Origin: an uncultured Anaerosporobacter sp. | GTDB lineage: Bacteria; Bacillota; Clostridia; Lachnospirales; Lachnospiraceae | Reading direction: 5' to 3' | Assembly (NCBI GenBank): GCA_945787925.1 | Contig: CALZJY010000001.1 | Location: forward strand, 1 to 32,744 | Length of the DNA: 32,744 nucleotides | Part shown: in pieces, positions 8,556-17,528 of the stretch | Layout of the letters: each line of letters begins with the position of its first letter | Position numbering within the stretch: the stretch's first letter is position 1 | Translations under genes and position numbers: made by a program | The notes under the pieces: generated by a model | What the model was told of the DNA's origin: nothing | The model's database searches: none | Seen by the model: the letters and a program-made list of their open reading frames with translations, nothing else

Positions 8556-8806
8556 TGTGGATAAAGTGGACAAGGTGGATAAGAAAAAAATACAGCCATG
8601 CATAAAAATTAAAAATGCCGGAAAGTGGCTGTATAGCTTGAATCTTTGCCAAAAATCTCATCATGATTCCAACTTTGAAAAATAAAAAAATCCACAACCT
8701 TATATGATTTGATTTGTTGATAAGGTTGTGGATAATGTGGATAACTATTTGTTTAGTAGTGATTCACCGATGGATACAACATCTCCGGCACCCATTGTTA
8801 TCAACA
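8556..8806. promoter_or_regulatory. DnaA-box cluster
   Basis: Perfect TGTGGATAA at 8556, 8727 and 8736. One-mismatch boxes GGTGGATAA 8574, TGTTGATAA 8715 and TTATCAACA 8798. Two-mismatch boxes AGTGGACAA 8565 and AAATCCACA 8688. Confidence 0.88.
8678..8733 (-). terminator. murC terminator whose stem is built from DnaA-box sequence
   Basis: Minus strand ATCCACAACCTTAT-16 nt-ATAAGGTTGTGGAT followed by TTTTTTATTTTT, starting 11 nt after the murC stop. Confidence 0.7.
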
Positions 8807-10127
8807 AGTCACCGTTTGTGCATTTCTCTAATAAAAAGCTTTCGATTTCAGAAAAACTTGAGAAATAGTAAGCATCAGTTCCTTTTTCTTTTAATAACTC
8901 TAGAATGTTTCTAGAAGAAATATCTCCTGGGTCTACTTCTCTTGCTGCATAGATATCAGTTAATACTACATGGTCTGCTAAAGATAAGGCTTCTGCAAAT
9001 TCAGGTAAGAACGCTTTCGTTCTTGTATAAGTGTGAGGTTGGAAAACACACCAAATACTATTGGCAGGAAAACGTTTTGCAGATTCTAGGGTAGCTTTGA
9101 TTTCTGTTGGATGATGAGCGTAATCATCAATGATCGTAACGCCTTCACGTTTTCCTTTTAACTGGAAGCGACGGTCTGTACCACGGAACTCAGCTAATCC
9201 TTCTTCGGCTGTTTCGATTGGGATTCCAGTTGTATAAGCAACTGCTAGTGCAGCCATGGAGTTGGAAATGTTGTGTCTTCCGACTACAGATAATTGAATA
9301 CGCTTTTTGAATGTATTGTTGATATATAAATCATAAGATCCAAAACCATCTTTATCAAATTCAATATTATCAGCGGCAAAATAGTCTTTTTCACGATCGA
9401 AACCGTAAGTGATTACTTTGCATGTAAGGTCTTTTGTGATTTCTTCATGATTATCGATTTCACCGTTAATGATCAATGTTCCATCTTCCGGTAGTCTATG
9501 TGCAAACTTGGTGAAAGATGCTCGGATATCGTTGATATCCTTGAAGAAATCCATATGGTCTTCTTCAATATTCAGGATTACGCTGATTTTAGGGAAGAAA
9601 GATAAGAAACTGTTTGTATATTCGCAGGCTTCTGTAATGAAGTTGCCGCTTTTTCCGATTCGTAGATTACCATCGATTGCCTTTAAGATACCACCAACAG
9701 AGATTGTAGGATCTTTTTCAGCAGCTAAGAAGATATGGGATACCATACTAGTAGTAGTAGTTTTTCCATGTGTACCAGAAATGGCAATTGGTGTTTCGTA
9801 ATTTTTCATCACTTGGCCAACCATTTCCGCACGGGAAATCATAGGGATTCCAAGTTCTTTTGCAGCCATGAATTCTGGGTTGTTTTCGCTAATTGCGGCA
9901 GTAAAAACAACTAAATCAATATTTTTTGTAATATTTTCTGCTCTTTGGCCATATATTATATTAATGCCTATTGTTTCTAGATGTTTTGTGATTTTGCTTT
10001 CTTTAGAGTCTGAACCGCTTATAGTAAATCCGATACTATGTAACAATTCAGCAAATCCACTCATACTAATACCACCAATGCCCATGAAATACACGTGGCA
10101 TGGATGCTTAAAGTCAATTTTATACAT
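8745..10127 (-). CDS. murC: UDP-N-acetylmuramate--L-alanine ligase
   Basis: GIGGISMSG, GTHGKTTTTSM, EACEY, EEDHMD, DDYAHHPTEI, FQPHTYTRT, TMGAGD. Confidence 0.97.
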   Translation of the reverse strand: MYKIDFKHPCHVYFMGIGGISMSGFAELLHSIGFTISGSDSKESKITKHLETIGINIIYGQRAENITKNIDLVVFTAAISENNPEFMAAKELGIPMISRAEMVGQVMKNYETPIAISGTHGKTTTTSMVSHIFLAAEKDPTISVGGILKAIDGNLRIGKSGNFITEACEYTNSFLSFFPKISVILNIEEDHMDFFKDINDIRASFTKFAHRLPEDGTLIINGEIDNHEEITKDLTCKVITYGFDREKDYFAADNIEFDKDGFGSYDLYINNTFKKRIQLSVVGRHNISNSMAALAVAYTTGIPIETAEEGLAEFRGTDRRFQLKGKREGVTIIDDYAHHPTEIKATLESAKRFPANSIWCVFQPHTYTRTKAFLPEFAEALSLADHVVLTDIYAAREVDPGDISSRNILELLKEKGTDAYYFSSFSEIESFLLEKCTNGDLLITMGAGDVVSIGESLLNK

Positions 10128-10411
10128 AATGAATACACGTCCTATTCTTAATATTTATATAGAGATTATATTGTTATTATAACCATTTGCGTGTAAATTA
10201 CAATATAGTTTATACATATAAATATGTATGAACTGGACAAGAAATAGATTCCTGATATATGAATGAATCAATTCAAGTATAAAATTACATGTAAAAAGTA
10301 GAAAATAGTAAATGGAGAAGAAAAAACCATGATTCATTTAACATTCTCTACTAAAAATTACCAATTATAAAGATGTAAAATGGTAAAATAGTAAAAATTT
10401 AGCAAAATTAA

Positions 10412-10440
10412 TTCACATTTTAGAAAAAAGATGGTATAAT
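10412..10440 (+). promoter_or_regulatory. Putative sigma-A promoter of glgC
   Basis: TTCACA-17 nt-TATAAT with extended TG. Confidence 0.65.
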
Positions 10441-10469
10441 CAAATTATTAAACAACAAGAGGTGATTGC

Positions 10470-11741
10470 ATGATCAAGAAAGAAATGATAGCAATGCTGC
10501 TTGCGGGGGGACAAGGCTCAAGACTAGGTGTCTTGACGGCTAATGTTGCGAAACCTGCAGTCGCTTTTGGTGGAAAGTACAGAATTATTGATTTTCCGTT
10601 AAGTAATTGTATTAATTCAGGGGTAGATACAGTAGGTGTGTTAACACAGTATCAGCCATTAAGACTTAACACACATATTGGAATTGGTATTCCATGGGAT
10701 CTCGATCGTAATATCGGAGGCGTATCGATTCTTCCACCTTATGAAAAGAGTACAAGTAGTGAATGGTACACAGGAACAGCCAATGCTATCTATCAAAACT
10801 TAGAATTTATGGAATATTACAATCCAGAATATGTACTGATTCTAGGTGGAGATCATATTTATAAGATGGATTACGAAGTGATGCTGGAATTCCATAAGGC
10901 GAATAAGGCAGATATTACCTTAGCAACGATTCCAGTACCAATGGAAGAAGCATCAAGATTTGGTGTGGTAATTACAGATGAAAACAAAAAAATTCTGGAA
11001 TTCGAAGAAAAACCAGAAAAGCCAAGAAGCAATTTAGCTTCCATGGGTATTTACATATTTAGTTGGAAAGTGTTAAGAGAAGCGCTGATCACATTAAAAG
11101 ATCAAAAGGGTTGTGACTTTGGTAAACATATTATTCCATATTGCCATGAGCGAGGAGATCGTATTTTTGCATATGAATATAATGGATACTGGAAGGATGT
11201 TGGAACATTAGGTTCTTATTGGGAATCCAATATGGAATTAATCGATTTAGTTCCAGTGTTCAATTTATATGAGGAGTTCTGGAAGATTTACACGAAGAGT
11301 GATATCATTCCACCTCAATATATATCTGAGGATGCCGTAATTGACAAGGCAATCATCGGAGAGGGAACTGAGATTTATGGAAAAGTATATAATTCCGTCA
11401 TCGGTTCTGGCGTAACAATCGAAGAAGGTGTTGAGATACGCGATTCGATCGTTATGAATGGTGTAACGATCGGTAAGAACTGTATCATTGAGAAAGCCAT
11501 CATTGCGGACAATGTAGTGATTGGTGATGATGTTATCATGGGAGAAGGAGAAGAAGTTCCTAACAAATTACGCCCAGATATTTATGCGTTTGGGCTTGTA
11601 ACAATTGGTGAGAACTCTACTGTCCCATCTGGTGTCAAGATTGGAAAGAATACAGCTATTTCAGGAAAGACCACATTAGAGGATTATAAAGAAAACTGCT
11701 TAGAAAGCGGAGAGAATATTATAAAGGCAGGTGAACGGTAA
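10470..11741 (+). CDS. glgC: Glucose-1-phosphate adenylyltransferase, catalytic subunit
   Basis: [60 protein letters not shown] and a hexapeptide C-domain. Confidence 0.97.
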   Translation: MIKKEMIAMLLAGGQGSRLGVLTANVAKPAVAFGGKYRIIDFPLSNCINSGVDTVGVLTQYQPLRLNTHIGIGIPWDLDRNIGGVSILPPYEKSTSSEWYTGTANAIYQNLEFMEYYNPEYVLILGGDHIYKMDYEVMLEFHKANKADITLATIPVPMEEASRFGVVITDENKKILEFEEKPEKPRSNLASMGIYIFSWKVLREALITLKDQKGCDFGKHIIPYCHERGDRIFAYEYNGYWKDVGTLGSYWESNMELIDLVPVFNLYEEFWKIYTKSDIIPPQYISEDAVIDKAIIGEGTEIYGKVYNSVIGSGVTIEEGVEIRDSIVMNGVTIGKNCIIEKAIIADNVVIGDDVIMGEGEEVPNKLRPDIYAFGLVTIGENSTVPSGVKIGKNTAISGKTTLEDYKENCLESGENIIKAGER

Positions 11742-12862
11742 TGCGAGCAATAGGTATTATTTTAGCAGGTGGTAATAGTAATAAGATGGGGAAATTAACT
11801 ACAAGAAGGGCTATTGCAGCAATGCCAATTGCAGGTGGTTACCGTAGTATTGATTTCGCTTTAAGTAATATGTCAAACTCTCATATTCAGAAAGTAGCAG
11901 TGTTTACACAATATAATGCCAAATCATTAAATGAACATTTGAATTCTTCTAAATGGTGGGATTTTGGCCGTAAACAAGGTGGATTGTTCGTATTCACACC
12001 AACAATCACTGCAGATAATGGATTCTGGTTTAGAGGAACAGCTGACGCAATGGCACAAAATATCAGCTTTTTAAAGAATAGCCATGAGCCATATGTTGTA
12101 ATTGCATCAGGAGATGGTGTATATAAGCTGGACTATAACAAAGTTTTAGAGTATCATATAAATAAAAAGGCAGATATCACAATTGTAACAAAACGTGTTC
12201 CTGCAACAGAGGATGCTACACGATTCGGTTGTGTTCAAGTAGATAGCGAGAATCGAATTACTGATTTTGAAGAGAAACCAATTGTTTCTACAGGTAATTT
12301 GGTTTCTGCTGGTATATACATAATCAGAAGAAGACAGTTAATTGAATTTTTAGAAAAAGCAGAAGAAGAAGAGCGTTATGATTTTGTACAAGACATCATC
12401 GTACGCCATAAGAATATCAAGAGAATCTATTCTTATGAATTTGAAGATTACTGGAGCAACATCGCGACAGTAGACTCCTATTTCAAGACAAATATGGATT
12501 TCTTAAACAAAGATATTCGTAATTATTTCTTTAAACAATATCCTGATGTATATTCAAGGATTGAAGATTTGCCACCAGCGAAGTATAATCTAGGTAGCAA
12601 GGTTTCAAACAGCTTGATTTCAAGTGGATGTATCGTCAACGGCGAAGTAAGCAATTCCATCTTGTTTAAGAAAGCATACATAGGGAATAACACAGTTATC
12701 AAGAACTCTATCATCTTAAATGATGTATTTATAGGGGATAACGTCTATATCGAAAATTGTATTGTGGAGAGTAGAGATACGATTCGACCAAATTCAACGT
12801 ACGTAGGAGAACCAGATCATATACGCATCGTTGTGGAGCATAACGAACGATTCGTTCTATAA
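11741..12862 (+). CDS. glgD: Glucose-1-phosphate adenylyltransferase subunit GlgD
   Basis: GlgC paralog with degenerate catalytic motifs ([30 protein letters not shown]); TAATG stop/start overlap with glgC. Confidence 0.92.
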   Translation: MRAIGIILAGGNSNKMGKLTTRRAIAAMPIAGGYRSIDFALSNMSNSHIQKVAVFTQYNAKSLNEHLNSSKWWDFGRKQGGLFVFTPTITADNGFWFRGTADAMAQNISFLKNSHEPYVVIASGDGVYKLDYNKVLEYHINKKADITIVTKRVPATEDATRFGCVQVDSENRITDFEEKPIVSTGNLVSAGIYIIRRRQLIEFLEKAEEEERYDFVQDIIVRHKNIKRIYSYEFEDYWSNIATVDSYFKTNMDFLNKDIRNYFFKQYPDVYSRIEDLPPAKYNLGSKVSNSLISSGCIVNGEVSNSILFKKAYIGNNTVIKNSIILNDVFIGDNVYIENCIVESRDTIRPNSTYVGEPDHIRIVVEHNERFVL

Positions 12863-12923
12863 TTTACAATATAATATATATAATTATCAAAATACTATAT
12901 CGCTAAAAGGGGGTACTAAAATA

Positions 12924-13202
12924 ATGCAGATCACTGACGTTAGAGTACGAAAGGTAGCCAAAGAAGGAAAAATGAAAGCAGTTGTGTCTATTACACTTGA
13001 CAACGAATTCGTTGTACATGATATCAAGGTAATAGAAGGCGAGAAAGGTCTTTTCATCGCAATGCCAAGCAGAAGAGCAGGAGATGGAGAATATCGTGAT
13101 ATTGCTCATCCGATCAATTCAGAAACTCGTGAAAAAATTCAAAAAATTATTATTGAAAAATATGAAGTTGCATTAGCAGAAAGCGATTCTGAAGAAGAAT
13201 AG
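12924..13202 (+). CDS. spoVG: Septation regulator / nucleic-acid-binding protein SpoVG
   Basis: [10 protein letters not shown]...[18 protein letters not shown]...YRDIAHPI; RBS AAGGGGG before ATG 12924. Confidence 0.97.
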   Translation: MQITDVRVRKVAKEGKMKAVVSITLDNEFVVHDIKVIEGEKGLFIAMPSRRAGDGEYRDIAHPINSETREKIQKIIIEKYEVALAESDSEEE

Positions 13203-13265
13203 GTTTCATGGCTAAGTAAAATAGATACTACATCTAGGGTACTAGCTGTGATGGACAAGCAATTC

Positions 13266-13304
13266 AAGAAGAGGACGTCCTATGTTAGGACATCCTCTTT
13301 TCTT
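13266..13304 (+). terminator. Terminator after spoVG
   Basis: AAGAGGACGTCCTA-TGT-TAGGACATCCTCTT followed by TTCTT. Confidence 0.75.
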
Positions 13305-13370
13305 ATCGTAGGGGAAATTACGAAGGAAGTGGAATGGTTAGAGAAAAATGATATATGATTAGGAGGGGCT

Positions 13371-14231
13371 ATGAAAACTCTTGGTAAAATCACAGTTCTA
13401 CTTGGAATAATTGCACTTCTTACATATATATTAGTAGATAAATATCATTTGACAATGTACTTCAGGAGCTGGTCGGAAGAAGACATCATGTCATATAATG
13501 ATGAGTTTGTAAATAAGCTACGAGATGCAATGCTCGATCGGCAGGAGTCGGTGGAGCTGTCCTACCGAGGAGATTCTACCCAGGTACATGAATTCGTAGG
13601 CGAGGCAATCAACAAGGTGTTTGAGATGGATGATTCGAACACTACCTCGGATTTTGACTATTTAAAGTATTGTTACCTTGGAACGGAAATCAAGATTCAA
13701 GGGATGCTAGATTCGTACGTAGTGACGTATCGGTTTCAGTATAATGAGACAAAGGAGCAGACAAAACAGGTGGATCAAAGAATCGCCTCATGGATGAAAG
13801 CGATGAAACTTTCACAAAAGAGTGAATATGAAAAGATTAAGGCGATTCACGATTTTATTGTTAATAATGCGACATATGATGTGGAAGGAAAGAAGAATTC
13901 TGCGTATGAGAACTTGATCCATCAGAGTTCCGTGTGTCAAGGATATGCGCTGGTGACTTATAAAATGATGAAAGAGGCAGGAATCGATTGCAGGATTATC
14001 ACTGGAGAAGGAAAAGGAATCAGTCATGCATGGAATATCGTGAAGCTAAATAGCAGATGGTATAATATCGATTGTACTTGGGATGATCCGGTGTCTCCAG
14101 ATAAGAAGCCACATTTGGAATATACGTATTTCCTGAAGTCCAATCGAGATTTTACTGACCATATTCCGGATAAGGAGTTTAAAACAGAAGCATTTCGCGA
14201 AAAATATAAGATGGCAGAAGAATCATATTGA
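13371..14231 (+). CDS. Membrane-anchored or secreted transglutaminase-like (papain-fold) protein
   Basis: N-terminal hydrophobic helix; Cys-His-Asp triad motifs VCQGYA, HAWN and DCTWDD; RBS AGGAGG. Confidence 0.85.
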   Translation: MKTLGKITVLLGIIALLTYILVDKYHLTMYFRSWSEEDIMSYNDEFVNKLRDAMLDRQESVELSYRGDSTQVHEFVGEAINKVFEMDDSNTTSDFDYLKYCYLGTEIKIQGMLDSYVVTYRFQYNETKEQTKQVDQRIASWMKAMKLSQKSEYEKIKAIHDFIVNNATYDVEGKKNSAYENLIHQSSVCQGYALVTYKMMKEAGIDCRIITGEGKGISHAWNIVKLNSRWYNIDCTWDDPVSPDKKPHLEYTYFLKSNRDFTDHIPDKEFKTEAFREKYKMAEESY

Positions 14232-14288
14232 TAAAAAGTCTAGCTACAAGTATCATAAAAAAGTAACATTGTTTATAATATAACAATT

Positions 14289-14325
14289 ACAAAAGCATCA
14301 TTCACATAGGAATGGTGCTTTTGTT
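14289..14325 (+). terminator. Terminator after the transglutaminase-like gene
   Basis: ACAAAAGCATCATTC-ACATAG-GAATGGTGCTTTTGT; G:U favours the plus strand. Confidence 0.7.
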
Positions 14326-14445
14326 ATGGGGGCAGAATGACAATATATCATGATAAACCTATAAAAACACTAGTAAAACAATATATAAAAAAGACATAAT
14401 ACAATAGTAATCGACAATATTCGATAAGAATGTTTAAGAAAATAA

Positions 14446-14474
14446 TAGAAATTATTCTTATTATGTGATAAAAT
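14446..14474 (+). promoter_or_regulatory. Putative promoter of the rnf operon
   Basis: TAGAAA-17 nt-TAAAAT with extended TG. Confidence 0.45.
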
Positions 14475-14583
14475 TAACTTTGCGACCAATGAATAGACAA
14501 ACTTCTCTATTTTTTGGGTAATTTTCTCGGTTGAGAGAAAGTTGCCAAATATAATTAATTAAATGAAAGAAAGAGGGATTACA

Positions 14584-15909
14584 ATGCGAAGGGTAACTTT
14601 TAAAGGCGGAATTCATCCTTATGATGGAAAAGACCTTACACAAGACAAAGCGATTCAAGATATTTCACCTAAAAGTGATTTAGTTTATCCTTTAGCGCAA
14701 CATATCGGTGCGCCAGCAACTCCAGTAGTAGCTGTTGGAGACCAAGTGTTAGTTGGCCAGAAAATTGCAGAAGCATCAAGCTTTATTTCTGCGAACATTT
14801 GTTGCTCCGTATCTGGTAAAGTAAAAGCAATTGAAAAACGCTTATGCGTAAATGGTGCTATGGTTGACTCTATCGTGGTTGAAAACGATGGAGAATACAA
14901 TACGGTAGAAGGGTTTGGAGAAAAACGCGACTACACTACATTATCAAAAGAAGAAATTCGTGCGATCGTAAAAGAAGCTGGTATTGTAGGTCTTGGTGGA
15001 GCGGGCTTCCCAACAAACGTAAAAATCACACCACAAAACGAAGACGGAATTGACTACGTAATCGTAAATGCTGCAGAATGTGAACCATACTTAACATCTG
15101 ATTATCGTCTAATCTTAGAAAAGACAGATAAGTTATTAGGTGGTTTGAAAATCGTATTATCTTTATTCCCAAATGCAAAAGGTATTATCGGTATCGAAGA
15201 TAATAAGAAAGAAGCAATCAAAGTACTTCAAGCTGCAGTGGAAAATGAAGAAAATATTGAATTAAAAGTATTAAAGACAAAATATCCACAAGGTGGAGAA
15301 CGTTCTTTAATCTACGCAACGACAGGACGTAAACTGAACTCATCTTTACTTCCAGCAGATCTTGGTTGCGTAGTGAACAATGTTGCAACACTTGTTGCAG
15401 TATACGAAGCTGTATGCGAAAGCACTCCGTTAATTAAAAAAGTAATTACAGTAACTGGAGATTGTGTTCAAAATCCAGGTAACTTTGCTGTTCGCTTAGG
15501 TACAAACTATAATGACGTAATTGAAGCTGCAGGCGGATTTACTGTTCAACCAGAAAAAATCGTTTCTGGTGGTCCGATGATGGGTATGTCTTTAATTAAG
15601 ACAGATGTCCCTGTTTCTAAGACTGGTTCTGCATTACTTACATTCAAGAAAGATGTTGTAGCAGAATTAGAAACTTCCAACTGTATTAACTGTGGTAGAT
15701 GCGTGAATGTGTGTCCAAGTGGCTTGGTTCCAGCAATGATGAACAAAGCAGTAAAACAAAACAACATGCAACAATTCGAAGCTTTAAACGGCATGGAATG
15801 TACAGAATGTGGTTCTTGTAGCTATACTTGTCCTGCGAAGATTCAGCTTACACAGGCATTTAGAGTGGCAAAGAGAAGCATTATTGAAGAAAGAAGAAAA
15901 GCAAAATAA
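14584..15909 (+). CDS. rnfC: Rnf electron transport complex subunit C
   Basis: FKGGIHP, QHIGAP, GIVGLGGAGFPT, NAAECEPYLTSD, KYPQGGE, GGPMMG and two 4Fe-4S motifs (CINCGRCVNVCP; CTECGSCSYTCP). ATG 14584 follows GAGGG. Confidence 0.95.
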   Translation: MRRVTFKGGIHPYDGKDLTQDKAIQDISPKSDLVYPLAQHIGAPATPVVAVGDQVLVGQKIAEASSFISANICCSVSGKVKAIEKRLCVNGAMVDSIVVENDGEYNTVEGFGEKRDYTTLSKEEIRAIVKEAGIVGLGGAGFPTNVKITPQNEDGIDYVIVNAAECEPYLTSDYRLILEKTDKLLGGLKIVLSLFPNAKGIIGIEDNKKEAIKVLQAAVENEENIELKVLKTKYPQGGERSLIYATTGRKLNSSLLPADLGCVVNNVATLVAVYEAVCESTPLIKKVITVTGDCVQNPGNFAVRLGTNYNDVIEAAGGFTVQPEKIVSGGPMMGMSLIKTDVPVSKTGSALLTFKKDVVAELETSNCINCGRCVNVCPSGLVPAMMNKAVKQNNMQQFEALNGMECTECGSCSYTCPAKIQLTQAFRVAKRSIIEERRKAK

Positions 15910-15920
15910 TATAAGGTGAG

Positions 15921-16898
15921 GTGCAAACATTGAGTAATTTATTACACGTATCATCATCCCCTCACATCAGAAGTCAGAGTTCAACAACAACTCTTATGTC
16001 AGATGTAGTAATCGCTCTTATTCCAGCGACTGCATGGGGTGTATATAAGTTCGGATGGCATGCATTCTGGTTAGTTATGGCTTGTGTAATCTCATCCATA
16101 GCAACTGAATATGCATATCAAAAATTAATGAAAAGACCAGTAACGATTCATGATATGAGTGCAATGGTTACAGGTATCCTATTAGCTCTTAACTTGCCAC
16201 AAACGTTCCCAATCTGGATGGCGGTTGTTGGTAGCGTATTTGCTATTTTAGTAGTAAAACAAGTATTTGGCGGTATTGGTCAAAACTTTATGAACCCTGC
16301 ATTAGCAGCTAGATGTTTCTTATTAATTTCCTTTGGTGCACAAATGACAGATTTCGCTGTTGATACAGTATCTGGTGCAACTCCACTTGCATTAATCAAA
16401 AACGGAACTGGTTCCGTAGAAGCGATTCTTGCTGGTGACAAATTAACAGTAACAGATTTATTCTTAGGTAATATCGGTGGATCTATGGGTGAAATCAGTA
16501 CACTTATGATCTTAATCGGTGCTGCTTACTTATTAATCCGTAAAGTTATTTCTTGGAGAACTCCTGTAATGTATTTAGCTACATTTACAGTATTTATGGG
16601 ATTATTCGGTGGACGTGGATTCGACTTAACTTACCTTGCAGCACAACTTTGTGGTGGCGGTATCATGTTAGGTGCATTCTTCATGGCTACTGACTATGCA
16701 ACAAGCCCAATTACTAAAAATGGTAAATTAGTATACGGTGTTGCATTAGGTCTTGTAACAGGTATCTTCAGAATCTGGAGCGGTTCTGCAGAAGGCGTAT
16801 CTTACGCAATCATCTTCTGTAACTTATTAGTTCCACTAATTGAAAAAGTAACATTACCACGTTTCTTCGGACAGGGGGTAACTAAGAATGCAAAATAA
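15921..16898 (+). CDS. rnfD: Rnf subunit D
   Basis: SSPHIR, KQVFGGIGQNFMNPAL, FMN-Thr motif SGATP, FFMATD, EGVSYAI. True start may be TTG 15930. Confidence 0.95.
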   Translation: MQTLSNLLHVSSSPHIRSQSSTTTLMSDVVIALIPATAWGVYKFGWHAFWLVMACVISSIATEYAYQKLMKRPVTIHDMSAMVTGILLALNLPQTFPIWMAVVGSVFAILVVKQVFGGIGQNFMNPALAARCFLLISFGAQMTDFAVDTVSGATPLALIKNGTGSVEAILAGDKLTVTDLFLGNIGGSMGEISTLMILIGAAYLLIRKVISWRTPVMYLATFTVFMGLFGGRGFDLTYLAAQLCGGGIMLGAFFMATDYATSPITKNGKLVYGVALGLVTGIFRIWSGSAEGVSYAIIFCNLLVPLIEKVTLPRFFGQGVTKNAK

Positions 16899-17511
16899 TA
16901 AAAACACGATTGTAAAAGACACGATTGCTTTATTCTTAATTACTTTAGTTGCTGGTTTAGCATTAGGGTTCGTATATAAGATTACGAAACCAAAGATCGA
17001 TGCATTAGCAAACGAAGAAAAAGCAAAAGCATATCAAACAGTTTTCGCAGACGCAGTTAAATTTACTGAAGTAGCTGGCGTAACTGCAGATGTAAATGAA
17101 TCTTGCGTAGATGTATTAACAGGCGCAGGTATCACAAACACAGTAATCAACGACGTACAAGAAGCTCGTTCTTCTAGCGACGAATTATTAGGATACGTAT
17201 TCAAAGTAACTAACAGCGAAGGTTACGGCGGTGAAGTACCAATCACAATTGGTATTACAGTTGACGGTACAATCAATGCAATCGAAGTATTAGCAAACCA
17301 AGAAACTTCTGGATTTGGTTCTAGAGCAAGTGAACCAGCATTCAAGGATCAATTCAAAGGTATCAAAGCAGAACAAATCGAATATACAAAAGACGGTAAG
17401 TCTGCAGATAACCAAATTGATGCAATTTCTGGTGCTACAAAAACAACTTCAGCTGTTACAAAAGACGTAAATGCAGCATTATACTATGTTCATAACGTTT
17501 TAAACAAATAA
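16888..17511 (+). CDS. rnfG: Rnf subunit G
   Basis: N-terminal TM helix, EGYGG, ETSGFG and FMN motif DAISGAT. Confidence 0.93.
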   Translation: MQNNKNTIVKDTIALFLITLVAGLALGFVYKITKPKIDALANEEKAKAYQTVFADAVKFTEVAGVTADVNESCVDVLTGAGITNTVINDVQEARSSSDELLGYVFKVTNSEGYGGEVPITIGITVDGTINAIEVLANQETSGFGSRASEPAFKDQFKGIKAEQIEYTKDGKSADNQIDAISGATKTTSAVTKDVNAALYYVHNVLNK

Positions 17512-17528
17512 GTAGGAGGTAAGTAGAA

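Noticed and set aside
8455-8744. Calling the DnaA-box region oriC
   Set aside because: No dnaA/dnaN/mnmE context and no DnaA-trio run adjacent to the boxes. It cannot be fully excluded without genome-wide GC skew.
14229-14266. preQ1-I riboswitch-like string TGATA-AAAAGTCTAGCTACAAG-TATCA-TAAAAAAGTAA
   Set aside because: The loop is too long (17 nt), the stem is weak and overlaps a stop codon, and the tail lacks the CUA needed for the pseudoknot. No queuosine genes lie downstream. An Infernal scan would settle it.
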